From: Oikopleura dioica
Lineage: Eukaryota > Animalia > Chordata
Length of the DNA stretch: 64,000 bases
Direction of reading: 5' to 3'
Assembly: GCA_907165135.1 (NCBI GenBank)
Contig: OU015566.1
Span: forward strand, 7,502,001 to 7,566,000
Made by a program: the position numbers and the translations under genes. The notes below the pieces were generated by a model. That model worked only from the letters and a program-made list of their open reading frames with translations, had not been told where the DNA came from and did no database searches. Below, one piece after another: positions 12,643 through 24,756 of the stretch (position 1 is the stretch's first letter; each line of letters starts with the position of its first letter).

Positions 12643-13966
12643 GATCAATTTGCAGTGGTCGAGTTCTGATTTGTTTGACTTTCGACGGTTGTTTCTGATT
12701 CTTTTGTTGTTGTTTCATTTGTCGTCTCAGTTGTCTCGATGGATTCTGGCGCAGCTGATTCTTCGGTGGAGACCTCTACTATTGGCACAGGCCCACGAAT
12801 ATAAGCTTCATCGTAAGATAGATCGATGTCGTCAGGATTGTAGTCGTCAACCCATGGATCTACAGTGCCATTCTTGTGAACCTCACCTTCTGAAATACAA
12901 TATCGTAGTGCTACTTCGTCGTCTTACCTGTTTCACTCCACTTAGTTCGGTTAAGATGAGACATCTCATCATCTTCTGGATAGTCAGGATATTCATCGTA
13001 CGTTGGAGGAGCTAAAAACTGGTTGCAAATTATGGTAAATACAGTGAGGGTAACCAAGAGGGTTTGCGCCGTAGTTGTAGTTTTCATAGCTGTCGTAGGA
13101 GTCGAACGAGTCGTCAATAATTTCCGTTCTGTCGCTTTTTCGAGGTTCAAATTTTAAATTTTGATTCACGTATTCGCTGAATTTCATATTTTGAACCTAC
13201 CGATCTCCATTGCCATTGACTATAAGCGGCGGAGCGAGTGGGTTTGTCGTTCCTGGCTGAATATTATTCCGGTTGGAGATGTTTCCATTTGCAACCACAT
13301 ATGCGGTCGACATGCTTTTTGCGGGTTCGTATGAAAAAGAATTACGAATGACGATTTCTAAAAAATCAACCCTTGGCATACAGCTGATCCGAATAATGCC
13401 AAACTGAACACTCCAATATTTCTTGACACATTTATTCTTCCACTGAAACAAAAATTACAATCGAAAGTCCTGGTCCAGGACTCCTGGATGATTTACCTTC
13501 GCTGAAAATCTCGATGAATATCGAGCCGAGGGTTCGATCGCTGGACTGGAATTTCTTCAAAAGATCTGCCTGACTGTGGCTCGTCACACTGAGCGGCTTC
13601 TAAATCAACTGAGATCTTTGGCGGACAGACGTCTTCTTTGGGATCCTGTATCGGAGCTTTCTCTAGATCGACTTCGTATATTTTCAGTTACTCTTAGAAT
13701 AAGGGCAAAAATTTCATATTTGGCTATTTTGAACAGTAACTGAATTGCCGGCTAATTTCAAGACGTCTTGTCAACTGTTTGTCTCGCATCTGCCGGATAT
13801 AGAGTTCATGACACCTACAGTCAACAAGATGCTCCTTTCCTTACTCTCATCGTCGATATATTTCGTTACCTAAATCACGTTACATGTAGTCAATGAAGAA
13901 TCTAATTTTTGAACTCACTTCTTTCTCGAGGTTTGTCTCTGCTGGTGAAATTTTCAAAGTCGGCAT
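12643..13966 (-). CDS. Hypothetical protein with D/Y-rich and Thr/Glu-rich (mucin-like) C-terminus
   Basis: ATG 13966 (MPTLKISPAETNLEKE|gtgagt); later exons encode DDSFDSYDSYENYNY, TYDEYPDYPEDDE and ETTETTNETTTKESETT. No family recognised. Confidence 0.5.
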
Positions 13967-14902
13967 TTTGATTTCTGAGAATTTTTCTGTCAGAAAAGTG
14001 TAAAGAAGCAACTTTTTTTGATCTATCTAGAAATTACTATGTAAAAATTTATAAAAATGTTTTTAGGCTTATTCTGATTTTGGCTAACTGACACCTTCAG
14101 TCAGACGGTGCTGATATGCACATGCTTTGACAGTGATGTCAGAAGGGGATGAGACATTGAATGTCATCAGTAATTAAATGAGACCTCATCAAATAACAAG
14201 GCTTCCTTCGAATTTGCCCTCTAAGTGGGGTTATGATTTGCGTTTAAAATAATGACAGTCATTGTGCGATTGTCCAAGCAAAGTGTACAGATTTGAGTAA
14301 GAGGATGAGCTCCCAGCGCGTAGTACAGTAATCCTCCCTTTGAAAACGCGTTTGTCCTGGTTCTTTCCTCCAATCGGCGGGGCTCACTTCCTTGTGCAAA
14401 TATCATCAGAGCCGATTGTTTGCGCATGGCCGCCATAAAGCGTCTACTCCGACACTACGTCACACCCCGAAAGACCAGCGCGGCCAGGCTTATTGCCTCT
14501 TTTCAAGTGTGAAACAAGTCAAAAGACTGCAAGAGAGTGAGTAAAGCTAGAGTCTAACTTTCTACAAAAAAAGAAAAAAGAGATATTCATCCGAAATAAG
14601 AATCATTAAATTCACGCTAGAATCGTCAAGAGATCCCTCATCTAACCGAACAATCAATTGAAATTCAATTAATCTTCCAACTTATTAACAAAGTCGGATG
14701 ACTCCGCTAACATTCACCCTTACTTTTATTCAATCAAATAAGAAATCACCGGCCATGCCGAATCACAAAAGAAAGTTGGGGATTTTTACTGCGAAATCTG
14801 TTTTTATTCATTTTCCGAAAAAAGCCACAAAAAAAAGACAAATTTATTCAGAAAGAAATCAGATTTCTCGAAGAAGAATAAACAGAGAGAGAAAATTCAG
14901 GG

Positions 14903-17034
14903 ATGTCGGAACAAGAGGCGCCGGAACATCAAATTGTGCTTTTTGGAAGGGATACTGAAGGTCTGTTAAGAATCAGGCTTTGTGCCTTAGGGGAGGGCCT
15001 TGTCTTGGTATTTATCCACCGTCAAAATCGTACCTTAGTCAAATTTACAGAAGATCATCGTACAGTATTTGGTTTTACACGTGTGACTGTTTGTGTAAAT
15101 CTGACTGTATTTCGTATCCCTCGAAAAGTAAAAGCCGGCAGCGATCGAGAATGCATAGGCTGCTGCCCCTTCTCGCAGGGCCTCTTCATGATGCTCTGGC
15201 TCAAAGGATCCGTATTCAACGTGACTACGGTCGACAAGGATAGGTGAGTTTCTCTAACCATGGGAACGACGATTATTCACAATCAGAAGCTGGGAAAACG
15301 GTTTCTAATAGAGTACTTCAGCAAGCCGAAAGAACTCGCTGATATTGCGCCCGGGACCTCTACTCCGTTTATTCTCTTTAATAACGAAGTCGTCACCGAT
15401 CCGCCCAAAATTGTTGAATTCCTTGAAGCTCAACTTCAACCACCAAAGTGAGTTACCAACTTTGTTGCCTTCATTGTCTACTTGAAAGTTTAGGTACCCA
15501 AATTTGATGCCAGTCAATCCAGAAAGCATGCTCGCTGGCTTCGAAATCTTCGCCAAGTTTTCCGCGTGGATCAAGGCTAAATTCGACAGCCCAAATTATG
15601 AAAGTAAGTACCCCCCTTTCCAGAGGGTTTTAAAAAGAGTGGTTAGTTTCTTATGTCAAAAAAAATTATCCGTTGTCGAGCAAAAAACTTGTCACATCAA
15701 TGAAATTTTCGTCCATTTATGGTCTTCAAAGAAAGTCCCCTCTTGAGGGAACGGAAAAATTAGCAATGAATCTAGTTCGTGATTATAAGAACATCCCTAC
15801 GCCTTTTAGCGTATTTAAATATCAATTCTAGTTACTAGCTAAAGTTTTATGGTGTTTTGGTTGAATACTGCCCGACTGAAAGTATTAGCCAGGCTTCTAA
15901 ATATTGAGTGCTTTAACACATGATTACGATATAATCAGAGCTTAGTAACTAAGCTTGATCCAAAAGAAAGAGATATAAATATATTCGTGTGATTAAAATG
16001 CTACTTTTATTGTGTTTAGTTTTGTGAGCCCTGAGAGAAGAGGGCTTAAAATAATTCACGTGTGCAATCTAATAATGGGTGGAATTCGTTGATAACATTA
16101 TTGAAATACAACTGAATAAAATGAAAAACAACTATATCAAGTGTTGACTAGATACCCTTATGGTCCCCAATTATAGCTCTAGAAAACGCGCTTTCACGTG
16201 ATTCAGCCCTGGAAAAGCGATTCCTGACACATTTGGCCAAATTTGATGCCTTTTTGAAAATGAACTCCGACCGAAGATTCATCGATGGAAATACGATGAC
16301 TGCTGTTGACTGCAACATCTTACCAAAGTTGCACATTGCTATTGTTGTTGCGAAAGCCTTGAGACAGTTGGATATTTGTCAAGTAAGTAATATAACGAGT
16401 ATAAGCCAGGATTAAAATAAAATTATTCAACCATGATTATTCTTGATTTTATTTCAAAACTGAGTAAAAATATAAGGTGTTTTTGGGTCCAATAACGCCA
16501 TTTCATAAAAAATAAGACAAATAACAAAAAAAGTATGGGAAATATAACTTTTAGTATTTCCCAGGACATAAAAATCGGCATCTTAACCTGTCTCGGTTCA
16601 ATAATGTACCCGTTGCAATCCTGAGAAGGAATTTCTTCTCATTAGAAATCAATCAAGAATACAGTGAATGGTTATAAAGAAACCCCGGGTAAAACAGTTA
16701 CCCTGGCTCCGGAAAGTTTTTATGTGGATTCTTGATAAATAAACCCTTATCAGTAAGGGTTGCAAAGATATATAAATTAAAGGGTATTGCCTCCAATGTT
16801 AAATGCGAGCATGGTTAAGGTCTTAAAATTTGGATTACTAAGATGATGGATGGAAAATACAAAAATAAAAACGTCTGTCAAAAGTTATGGTGTAAATCTC
16901 TTTTTCAGCAATACACTGGAATCGCGCAATACATGGCGAATGCTGCTCAACATGCTGAATTCTCCCAAACCTGTGCGCAGAACGACGAAATCATCTGGTC
17001 CTACGGAGGTCCAAAGCCAAAACTCAAGAACTAA
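14903..17034 (+). CDS. CLIC: Chloride intracellular channel (CLIC/GST-fold) protein
   Basis: [97 protein letters not shown]. The first intron (14946-15128) is GA-AG. Confidence 0.95.
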
Positions 17035-17085
17035 AACCTGAATTTGTCTCCGAATTATCAAATCATGTGAATAAAATGGACTTTT

Positions 17086-19754
17086 TTATCTTGCTTTATT
17101 GACATTGAACGTAAACGTAGGGGTACTCGTGTTATCGGACTTAATTCCAAAGAGAGAACTTCGAAACTCCTTGATGTTGAATTTCAGGAACTTGCGAATC
17201 TGGCGGTGTTTTCTGAAAAAAAATGTTTTTCGGTTGAGCAAAACTAAACTTGCTTGAATGATCTTTCTGAGAATCGTGTCGATCGTTCCGTTCGTTTCAT
17301 CTTTCAGTTCTCGCAGTTGATCGACAGTTTGCTTGAAGAGCGCTGCAAACGGCGAGAGATTAATATCAGAAAGAGAGTTGGAAAAGATCATGAAAATGTT
17401 GGTATCCCGTGGGATGCAGCGACGACGAATTCGCTCCGTTGACTCTGAGGTTTGTTCGATCTCGTCGGTGTCCAGGAGGCACTTAAATCTTTATTAACTA
17501 GCTTGCAGGATGAAAGGAGGAACAAAATATGAGGCCTACGTGTTGGCCGGTAAATATTAGTCTTTTAGCTATAAGATTGATCGTTTTGATCTTTGAAATT
17601 ATCTAATTATTTTTTGCCATCTAAAAAACCGTACAATCGGTCAATAAAACACATTTATGATTTTCATCATGATTTCTAGAGCTCGATTCTCAGCCTTTGA
17701 TTCTAAGCGATACCTGGTTTTTTGGCGTCTTCATCATCCAGCTATCGATAACAAAAAGTTGCGGCTAAAAATATACCCTGATTCAGATCGAGGAAAATTA
17801 TAATTACGATCGCAATCGCCATCGAACTAAACTTCTTGATAAATTTAGAGGGCTCCGCAGTTTCATCGTCACTTCCATTGTTTCCTTCTTTGATCACCCA
17901 GCCATGTCGAGCGTTTTCAGGTGTGATGATGACAATGAAAATTATTTGTGAAATATTCGGTAGGAAGCTCTTTTTCAAAAATGAGCAAAATAGATCTTTG
18001 AAATTAGACTGTCTTTTCGACAATTTTGAATTTTTCAATAAATTTGCTCCTTTTAACTTTATCAAAATTTCCATAAAACTCCACTGCTTTTCGCTTACAT
18101 CCAATTCAGAGCATATGTAGCCGATGCTCTGGAAGACCTAAGACAAATGTTTTCGACGGTGTCTTTCAGCAAAAAGCGAAGGTTCTTCTCTGCGAATATT
18201 ATATACCTCTGTGTAGTGCTTAGCCGCCACTGCTCCGAATTTGTCTCGTACAATCACCACACGTGGGGAAGATCCTGGACGAGTTCCCTTGATGGTTATT
18301 CAATAAATATAAACTCATCTGACCCACTGTACCTTTATCACGATATCTTTTCCTTCGGTTATTTTAATCGAGCTAGCAAGTCGGTGTTTGATTTGAGATA
18401 CTTGGCCGCATTCGTGGCTAAATCCTTGCCGAACAACCTTTGTTTCTTGCAGCGCTTGATTGATTCTAATTATTTATATATAAATTGCATAAGTTATGTT
18501 GCCTGGCACCTGTAGCTAATTTGCTCGACATCAATACTCTCCCCTTTTTGAATCGCTTTTCGATATTCCGTAACCAAAGCATTGCTAAAAGTATTCGGTT
18601 TGATACTGTCCAGAAATTTTAAGGCTTACCAGAAAAGAGAACCGCGATCCATGCTCCGAAGACTTAGTGTATTCTTGACGGTTGAAAAATGAATGAATGT
18701 GTTTTTATCCGGCCGTATTTGGGAAAAGATTTGCGAAAAAAGATCATTCTAAAAATGTTTTTGAAGAGATCTTCTTTCGAAACTTACTGTGTACTGATTC
18801 ATCGACACATTTTCTTGGACTGCTTTTTGAGGAGATTCAACAGGCTTTTCGATGGATGGAATGTCTCGATCTGAAATTTGTTTTTTTTTTTGCTGGAATT
18901 CTTGAGTTTATTTCAAACTTGAGTCCAAAATCGGCAAATTTGTCTGTTCAAGAATTCTCGTCGCATCATCAGAAGTTATCGGATTAATTTGAAATCTTTG
19001 AGCTGAAATCGTCGATGGGATCAAATTTGCTGGTTCGTGGGGCAAACTGTCAAATTGCACAGTTTTCAGCGACTCTTCTTCGGATCCTCGGCAGGCATTC
19101 ACGTAGACAACAAACTTGGTGTCCTTTAGCTTTTCTTGAAGATCTGGTACTCTCATCACCAGGGTGTAAATTTTCGCGAGTCTCCAGGATCGAACTTTGT
19201 GGCCCATCATCTTCAATTTTCTTGAGCTTCAACAACAACATGAGCTTTCTACCTGGAGATACTCTCCCTTTTGATCATTAGTTCCGTGGCATCCGAAGTA
19301 GAGCATCACAAAGTCAATCTTTTCATTGCAACTAAAGTTCATCAAGTGATGAATAATGTCATCTTCAATTCTTCCATATTCCTCAACCAACTCTTTTCGC
19401 CTTTCGATCTTGATTATATTCTCCCCTTCTTAGGGTTTTTTAAATCAGTCTTACCGACTAACACTAATCTTACGTACAATCAAATTTATCCTAGAATCCA
19501 AATGTTTTCTAAAAGTATAAACTCGTGACAAAAACAGGAATGGAATTCATCAAGCCCCACAGATGTTCAGAGTCAGCTGTAGCTCCGTCTCGCTTAGAGA
19601 TGTCATTGTAAATGAGACTTTATGAGTTGAGCTTTGGGCTTTATTTCCATTCATATAGTAAGCTTTTCCATGAAATAGGAAGCTAAAAGTAAGAAGCTAA
19701 ATATCTGTTTTAAACTCAACAAATTCCTTTTCGTTTCTCTTGAGTTAGTATCAT
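17086..19754 (-). CDS. Tandem caspase: N-terminal caspase domain with intact His/Cys dyad fused to a C-terminal pseudo-caspase domain
   Basis: Domain 1: LIYNDISKRDGATADSEHL; FVMLYFGCHG (His codon 19286-19288); KFVVYVNACRG (Cys 19091-19093); IRPDKNTFIHFSTVKNTLSLRSMDRGSLF-CNALV. Domain 2: RVVIVRDKFG...YTEVFQSIGY; IIFIVIITPE; PQLFVIDSW; IPRDTNIFMIFSN...SPFAALF...IDTILRKI. Start codon approximate. Confidence 0.8.
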
Positions 19755-19901
19755 CTCGTTTAATTTTTACTCCGTTTCGTTCTTAACCTTTTGTCGGGCT
19801 CGTTCCACTTCACTGTTCAAAGAAAAGATAATACTATTTTCATGAATTAGATGCGTCAACAGAACTATATTGATATAAACTCAACAATTTTTTAATTTAG
19901 C

Positions 19902-21549
19902 TCACGATTGACGCACATTGCCGTCGTTTATTTTTGAAGAACTGTTTGAGGTGTCATGAGTGTGGAACAACTGGCAGGAAAATCAGGAAATCGAGGAAAG
20001 GTTAAAATTCTACGTTGGCGACGATGACTTCCGAGAGAGTTTGCGCGCTTTTGACGAGCTTCGTCTGCTACTCCCGCCAGAGCTGGAGTCTCGGGGATTG
20101 GGGTTGTCGGAGAGTTTTATCAACTGACGCACTTTTTGAACGACGAGTCTAAAAGAATCTCTCGATCTTGCCGTGGATTAGAAGTTTACCTAAGACATCT
20201 AGCACTCTGTTGATTTGTCACTCCGTCCATCGAGAAAGAAAGCCCAAGAACTCCTGGAATAATCAACAGTCCAGCTCCAGAGCGATTCGCTAACCAGATT
20301 CCGTACTTTTCGCACTCTGCCTGGGCTACTCTATCAGCTGCGCAAGCGTTTAAAATTTGCTTCAAGGCTGCCTGAAAATAAATTATAGCAAATCAACTGG
20401 ACATATACTTCTTTTACCTTTGAGGTATCTACAGGGATGATGATTTCTTCCGTAAACGGGCATTTTCCATTATTGGCGAAAACAGCTGCGACTATCGATG
20501 CTGCTTCCGGACTTATTGCCGTCGAACAGAGCTGGAAGTAAAGGTCCAAAATTTCTATACGAGAGCTGTGAGCCCGAAAATGCCATTGATCACCTACCTT
20601 GAACGTTTGCTCCTTGCGGAAAGCAGTCGTTAAATGCCAGGTAGTGAATGAGACCGATCTCTCCGTGAGAATGAAGACGTTTCATATTGTAGCTCCAGTT
20701 ATCACATGCGATTTCTGATTGAGCAGCCATCTTTGAGTAAAACTCATGAATCCGACCCAGTTTTTCTTCAGCAGGAGTGTCTGGAAAAAGCAAGGACGTG
20801 AGCATTAAACCACCACTTCTACATAGTGGATTCCATACTCGCCCATCTAGGAGGTTAATATCGTCAATTACTCTGTTGCGCATAATCATTGATCCTACCT
20901 GAGTGGAGGGAAAATTCATCTCTCTCACGTGGAATGGGTTTTGACGCAAAGAACTTTCCAATCATTTCCGGACCCAGTGTTTCTGTCGCTAGACTGTCGT
21001 AGATTAATTTCCATCGGAAAAAAGGGAAAGCTTACCAAAAGTTTAGTAGGTAGCAAAGTTCATTCAATGGAAAGATATTCGTCTCCGCTTCCCCAAGTTC
21101 TCCAACATTCACTCGTTTTCCGTCGACGGTGCAGACAGATAGAGACCAGTTTGTGACGGAATCAAGCTTCGACAAAATTTGCCTGAAAGGAAAATTATCC
21201 AGGAGGAAGAATATTCAGAGACCTCTTCAGAGGCTTTATTACATTCTGACGACTGCATCTAACAGCCGCAATAAAGATAATTTGTGAGCTCTCTTTACAA
21301 AGCATAATCACGGATAATTAGCGGGTAGAGTTATCTCTTCATTTGTCATGAATGACGGTTTTGTTACCTGCAGGTTTGCTCCAGGGAAACGGCGAACTCG
21401 TCCATGTTATTGAGCAAGGGACGGGGAGGAGTATCGGCTTGAGCTTCGTCGGGAGGACGAGGGGGTTGAGGCAACTCTTCTTCCGACAGATGACCATTGC
21501 TGAGGACAGTTGACGATCGACGACGCTCGGGGGAGCGGACGATGCTCAT
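19902..21549 (-). CDS. Glutaminase-fold protein lacking the catalytic residues (pseudo-glutaminase)
   Basis: NWSLSVCTVDGKR, WNPLCRSGGL, LDLYFQLCST...AAVFANNGKCPFTEE and LLIIPGVLG are GLS-family motifs. The SxxK site reads FPLNELCYLL. Confidence 0.85.
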
Positions 21550-23099
21550 GCTTAGATCAAAAATGATTTGAAGAAAAACAGAGAAAAAATGAATCTATTA
21601 TGTTTGGCACGGCTACTGCAAGAAAAAATTTTTGCTTGATAAAATTATATTCGTACTGAATATTTTCCTGTATAAAACAGTATAACTTAAATCTCTTATT
21701 ACCTTTGTCGTCTACTGGAAAATAAATTCTTCATGTTTTCTTCTTTTCAATCTCTCTTTTTTTCCTTGTAACTGAAAATTTACTTGAGCAAAATGGTCAA
21801 AACAAGGCCGTAGTATTTATTCATTCGGGGCTCAAGCGGATGATCGCCATCAGATCAATTTTCAATAAAGTGCTTCTGGCACGGAACCAGGTGTTTCATA
21901 AAATTGAGCACCTTATTATTCTTTCAATAAAATAAAAAACCTTTGAAAGAATCGCAGAATCCTAGAGAAAAAAATTGGGCTGATAAAGACTGGACTTGCT
22001 AGAGGGCGAATTCTCAGAATTCCAGCTATAAATATCGGACTCTAACTCTCTTAAATTTCGTTTAATTACCGCTTCTTCCGAAAATACTCTCACTTTTTGA
22101 GCTGCTGCCAAATATTTCGATTTATGCTTCTTTGATTTTTACTGTTTATAACTCAATTAAATCTCCTTACTTCTTTAATTTACGTCAGCTGCTATAGAAT
22201 AGTCATTAGATAGATTTCTAATAATAATTCGCATCATCTACGTAGTGTCTCAGCCCATATCATCAACTCTTGATAATGCTAATTTGACGATTCCGAATTC
22301 TCATCCTTTTTGAAATTCAGAACAAAGCAAAAACTATGGTCAAATTTGAATTTTTCAAACGACAATTACACTTGGCAATGGTCCGAGTCCCTTTGAAAAA
22401 GACGCCGGAAGATATAAATAGCGACTTTACTACTTTGAACTCGGACAAAAATGACATACTCAGCAATCGAGTGCTCTTTTTATTGAATTGTTAACTTGCA
22501 TAAAAATATCAACCGGATAATTAGCCATACAACTTCACCAGAAAATGAAGATGGAAAAAAATGACAAGTTTTCTTTCCCTTTGAAAGAAAATGATTCGTA
22601 AAATTTCAAACCTTTGAGGAAATTCTTTCTTCTTGACTTCAGATCTCTTTAAAAACGTGTTTATGTGCTCCTAAGTGGGCCAAAGACAAGAACCTGACGA
22701 CAAGGTATGGACAGAAAGGCTCAACTGGCCCCTACGAGTGCGTGCTTTAGGGTGCGAGTTAGTGTGAATTAGCGCTAGTTTCGCCCTGCTCATTGTAAAA
22801 TCCAGCCACTTGAACAAAGACCAAGTCCAACGTGTCCTCGATAACCACCTTTTGTACAAAAAACGCTAAAAATTTCGCTAGATATAAAGAAAAAAAAACG
22901 ATTCTTATAATCAGAGAAGTGTCAAATCATATAACGATTACAATTTTTTTATAAAAATAACTAAAATATCATCTCATTTTCAGTTGAGTTAACACGAATA
23001 GTAATAGAACAAAAGAAACAGCTGCAATTATATAATTTTAATTATCCATGAGATTACATGAGAACCTCTCTTTTGAAGAACACAAATCAACCAGGCATG

Positions 23100-24756
23100 T
23101 TATCTTTCTGTTTGGCCAGGTTCCGGGAGACATGGAGGTAAAATTGGTTTATTAGAAAATTCTACGTTTTATCATTTGTATCTGTGTCATGAAGAATGGG
23201 TGAACTTGAAGTCACGAATTGACGGATTCTTACACTACTAGTCGGAGCACAAGCTGCGGATCGTCTGCCACGTGAGAAATACAGCACCGTTTGAGGGGAA
23301 GGCGCTAAAATTCATAAATTATACGGTAAATACGATCGTTCCTACCGTATACAAGTTGGTACGATGCCGATCCAGAAGAATCTGAAGCCATTGATTTTCA
23401 ATCCTTCTAGCGCACACGTGACTCCTCGAAATTTTCCCTTGAAATGCTCAGGCTGGTCTGAAGATTATCAAACTCATTGTTGTTTTCGTCAAAAATGTAT
23501 ATTTATACCTAAATGTTGTGCTTGAATTTGAGTCTTCACAACATCCACGGGATAAGTAATTATCCACGAGTTCACCCCGGCACATCCTCCAGCGAAGATC
23601 ACCTTTGATGTTTCCAGTAGCTGTTCCTTTCCAAAAGAGTTGAAAGAATTATACTATTTTATATAAGACTGAGAGCTCTTTTGATGAATAATCAAACAAT
23701 TTCAATTCTTTCCTTTGACGCAAAACCAGTGTTCCCATTGAAGTTCAACCAGTTCGTACTTTTCCCAACAAGCAACTCATAAGTGTAGAAAAATGCGCCA
23801 AAAGAAGGAATATCCCTGACTGAGCTTTGAATTCGTTCATGATCGACTTTTACAAGAGAATTTGAAGCTCTGTTCCTGACAAGCGCCAAGGTGATGCCTC
23901 GGCCAAAGCCGAAGCCATTTTTGATGGCGTTGATCGATTGCTTTGAATCTGCCACTGTTCGGAATCCTTTGTACCCAGAGTGTTTGTAAATATGTAAACA
24001 TGTCTCTCGCCAGCCTCGGTAATCTTTGGTATCGGCTTTACCAATGCCTTGGATTTGCATCTGAGTCTTTGAAATTGTTTTCGATAACTTTCTACAGAGG
24101 AGTGGAGAATCTCTTGTGAGAGACTGTAGCCTACAAAATAAAGTAGGAGGAGGCGGGAGAAAACTTTTCCTTGATAAGTTCCACCGGAGAAATGATGCAA
24201 GTCTGGGCAACTCCAGCCACACATCCGGCCCACCAGTGACTCAATGCCTTCTCCTTATCAAGGTGTTCAAGGGTTTTTCCATATGTCGCGAAGATCGTTG
24301 CATTCATAAATGCAATGCCAGCTTTAGTAGGGTCATCATAAGAACCCAAATGACATTCATAAGAAAAACAAATGATCCCCTTCCTAATGGCGAAGTGACA
24401 CCTTTATAAATTCCTCGGACTTTTTCTTCCCGAAGAATTGTTGTAAAACAGTGCAGAGCACCCTTGTACTTTGGCGATATCCTTCAAGGGACACATAATT
24501 ATTCGTATCATACAATTTGTATGTTTTCATTAACTTCAAGCTAGTGATAATTGTGGTCCCTTACCTTGCATTGCGTCTGTAACCGAACTTTTACAGTGTC
24601 AAACGGATGACCTCTTTTTTATGATGCTAATTCAATGCACGAAAAAGTATTTTATCCTTAGTTAGCACCATAAATATAAGTACTGGCGACTCCACCAAGC
24701 AACCCTGCTCCAAAATCCACTGCTGGCGAAAGTTTCTTTTGCTCTTCTCTTGACAT
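23100..24756 (-). CDS. Mitochondrial solute carrier, SLC25A29/45/48-like (basic amino acid / acylcarnitine-type clade)
   Basis: DFGAGLLGGVA...HPFDTVKVRLQ, SPVELIK-TQMQ, RDIPSFGAFFYTYE and GGCAGVNSWIITYPVDVVKTQIQ give the three carrier signature repeats. The 3' end is approximate. Confidence 0.88.

Noticed and set aside
15731-16048. GAAAGTCCCC ... AGGGCTTA resembling the RNase MRP P4 halves
   Set aside because: The 3' half lacks GGGGCT and pairs locally with GAGCCCT; the intervening DNA is AT-rich intron.
16425-16675. Weak inverted similarity in the last CLIC intron
   Set aside because: Too degenerate to define TIR or TSD; possible old MITE but unsupported.
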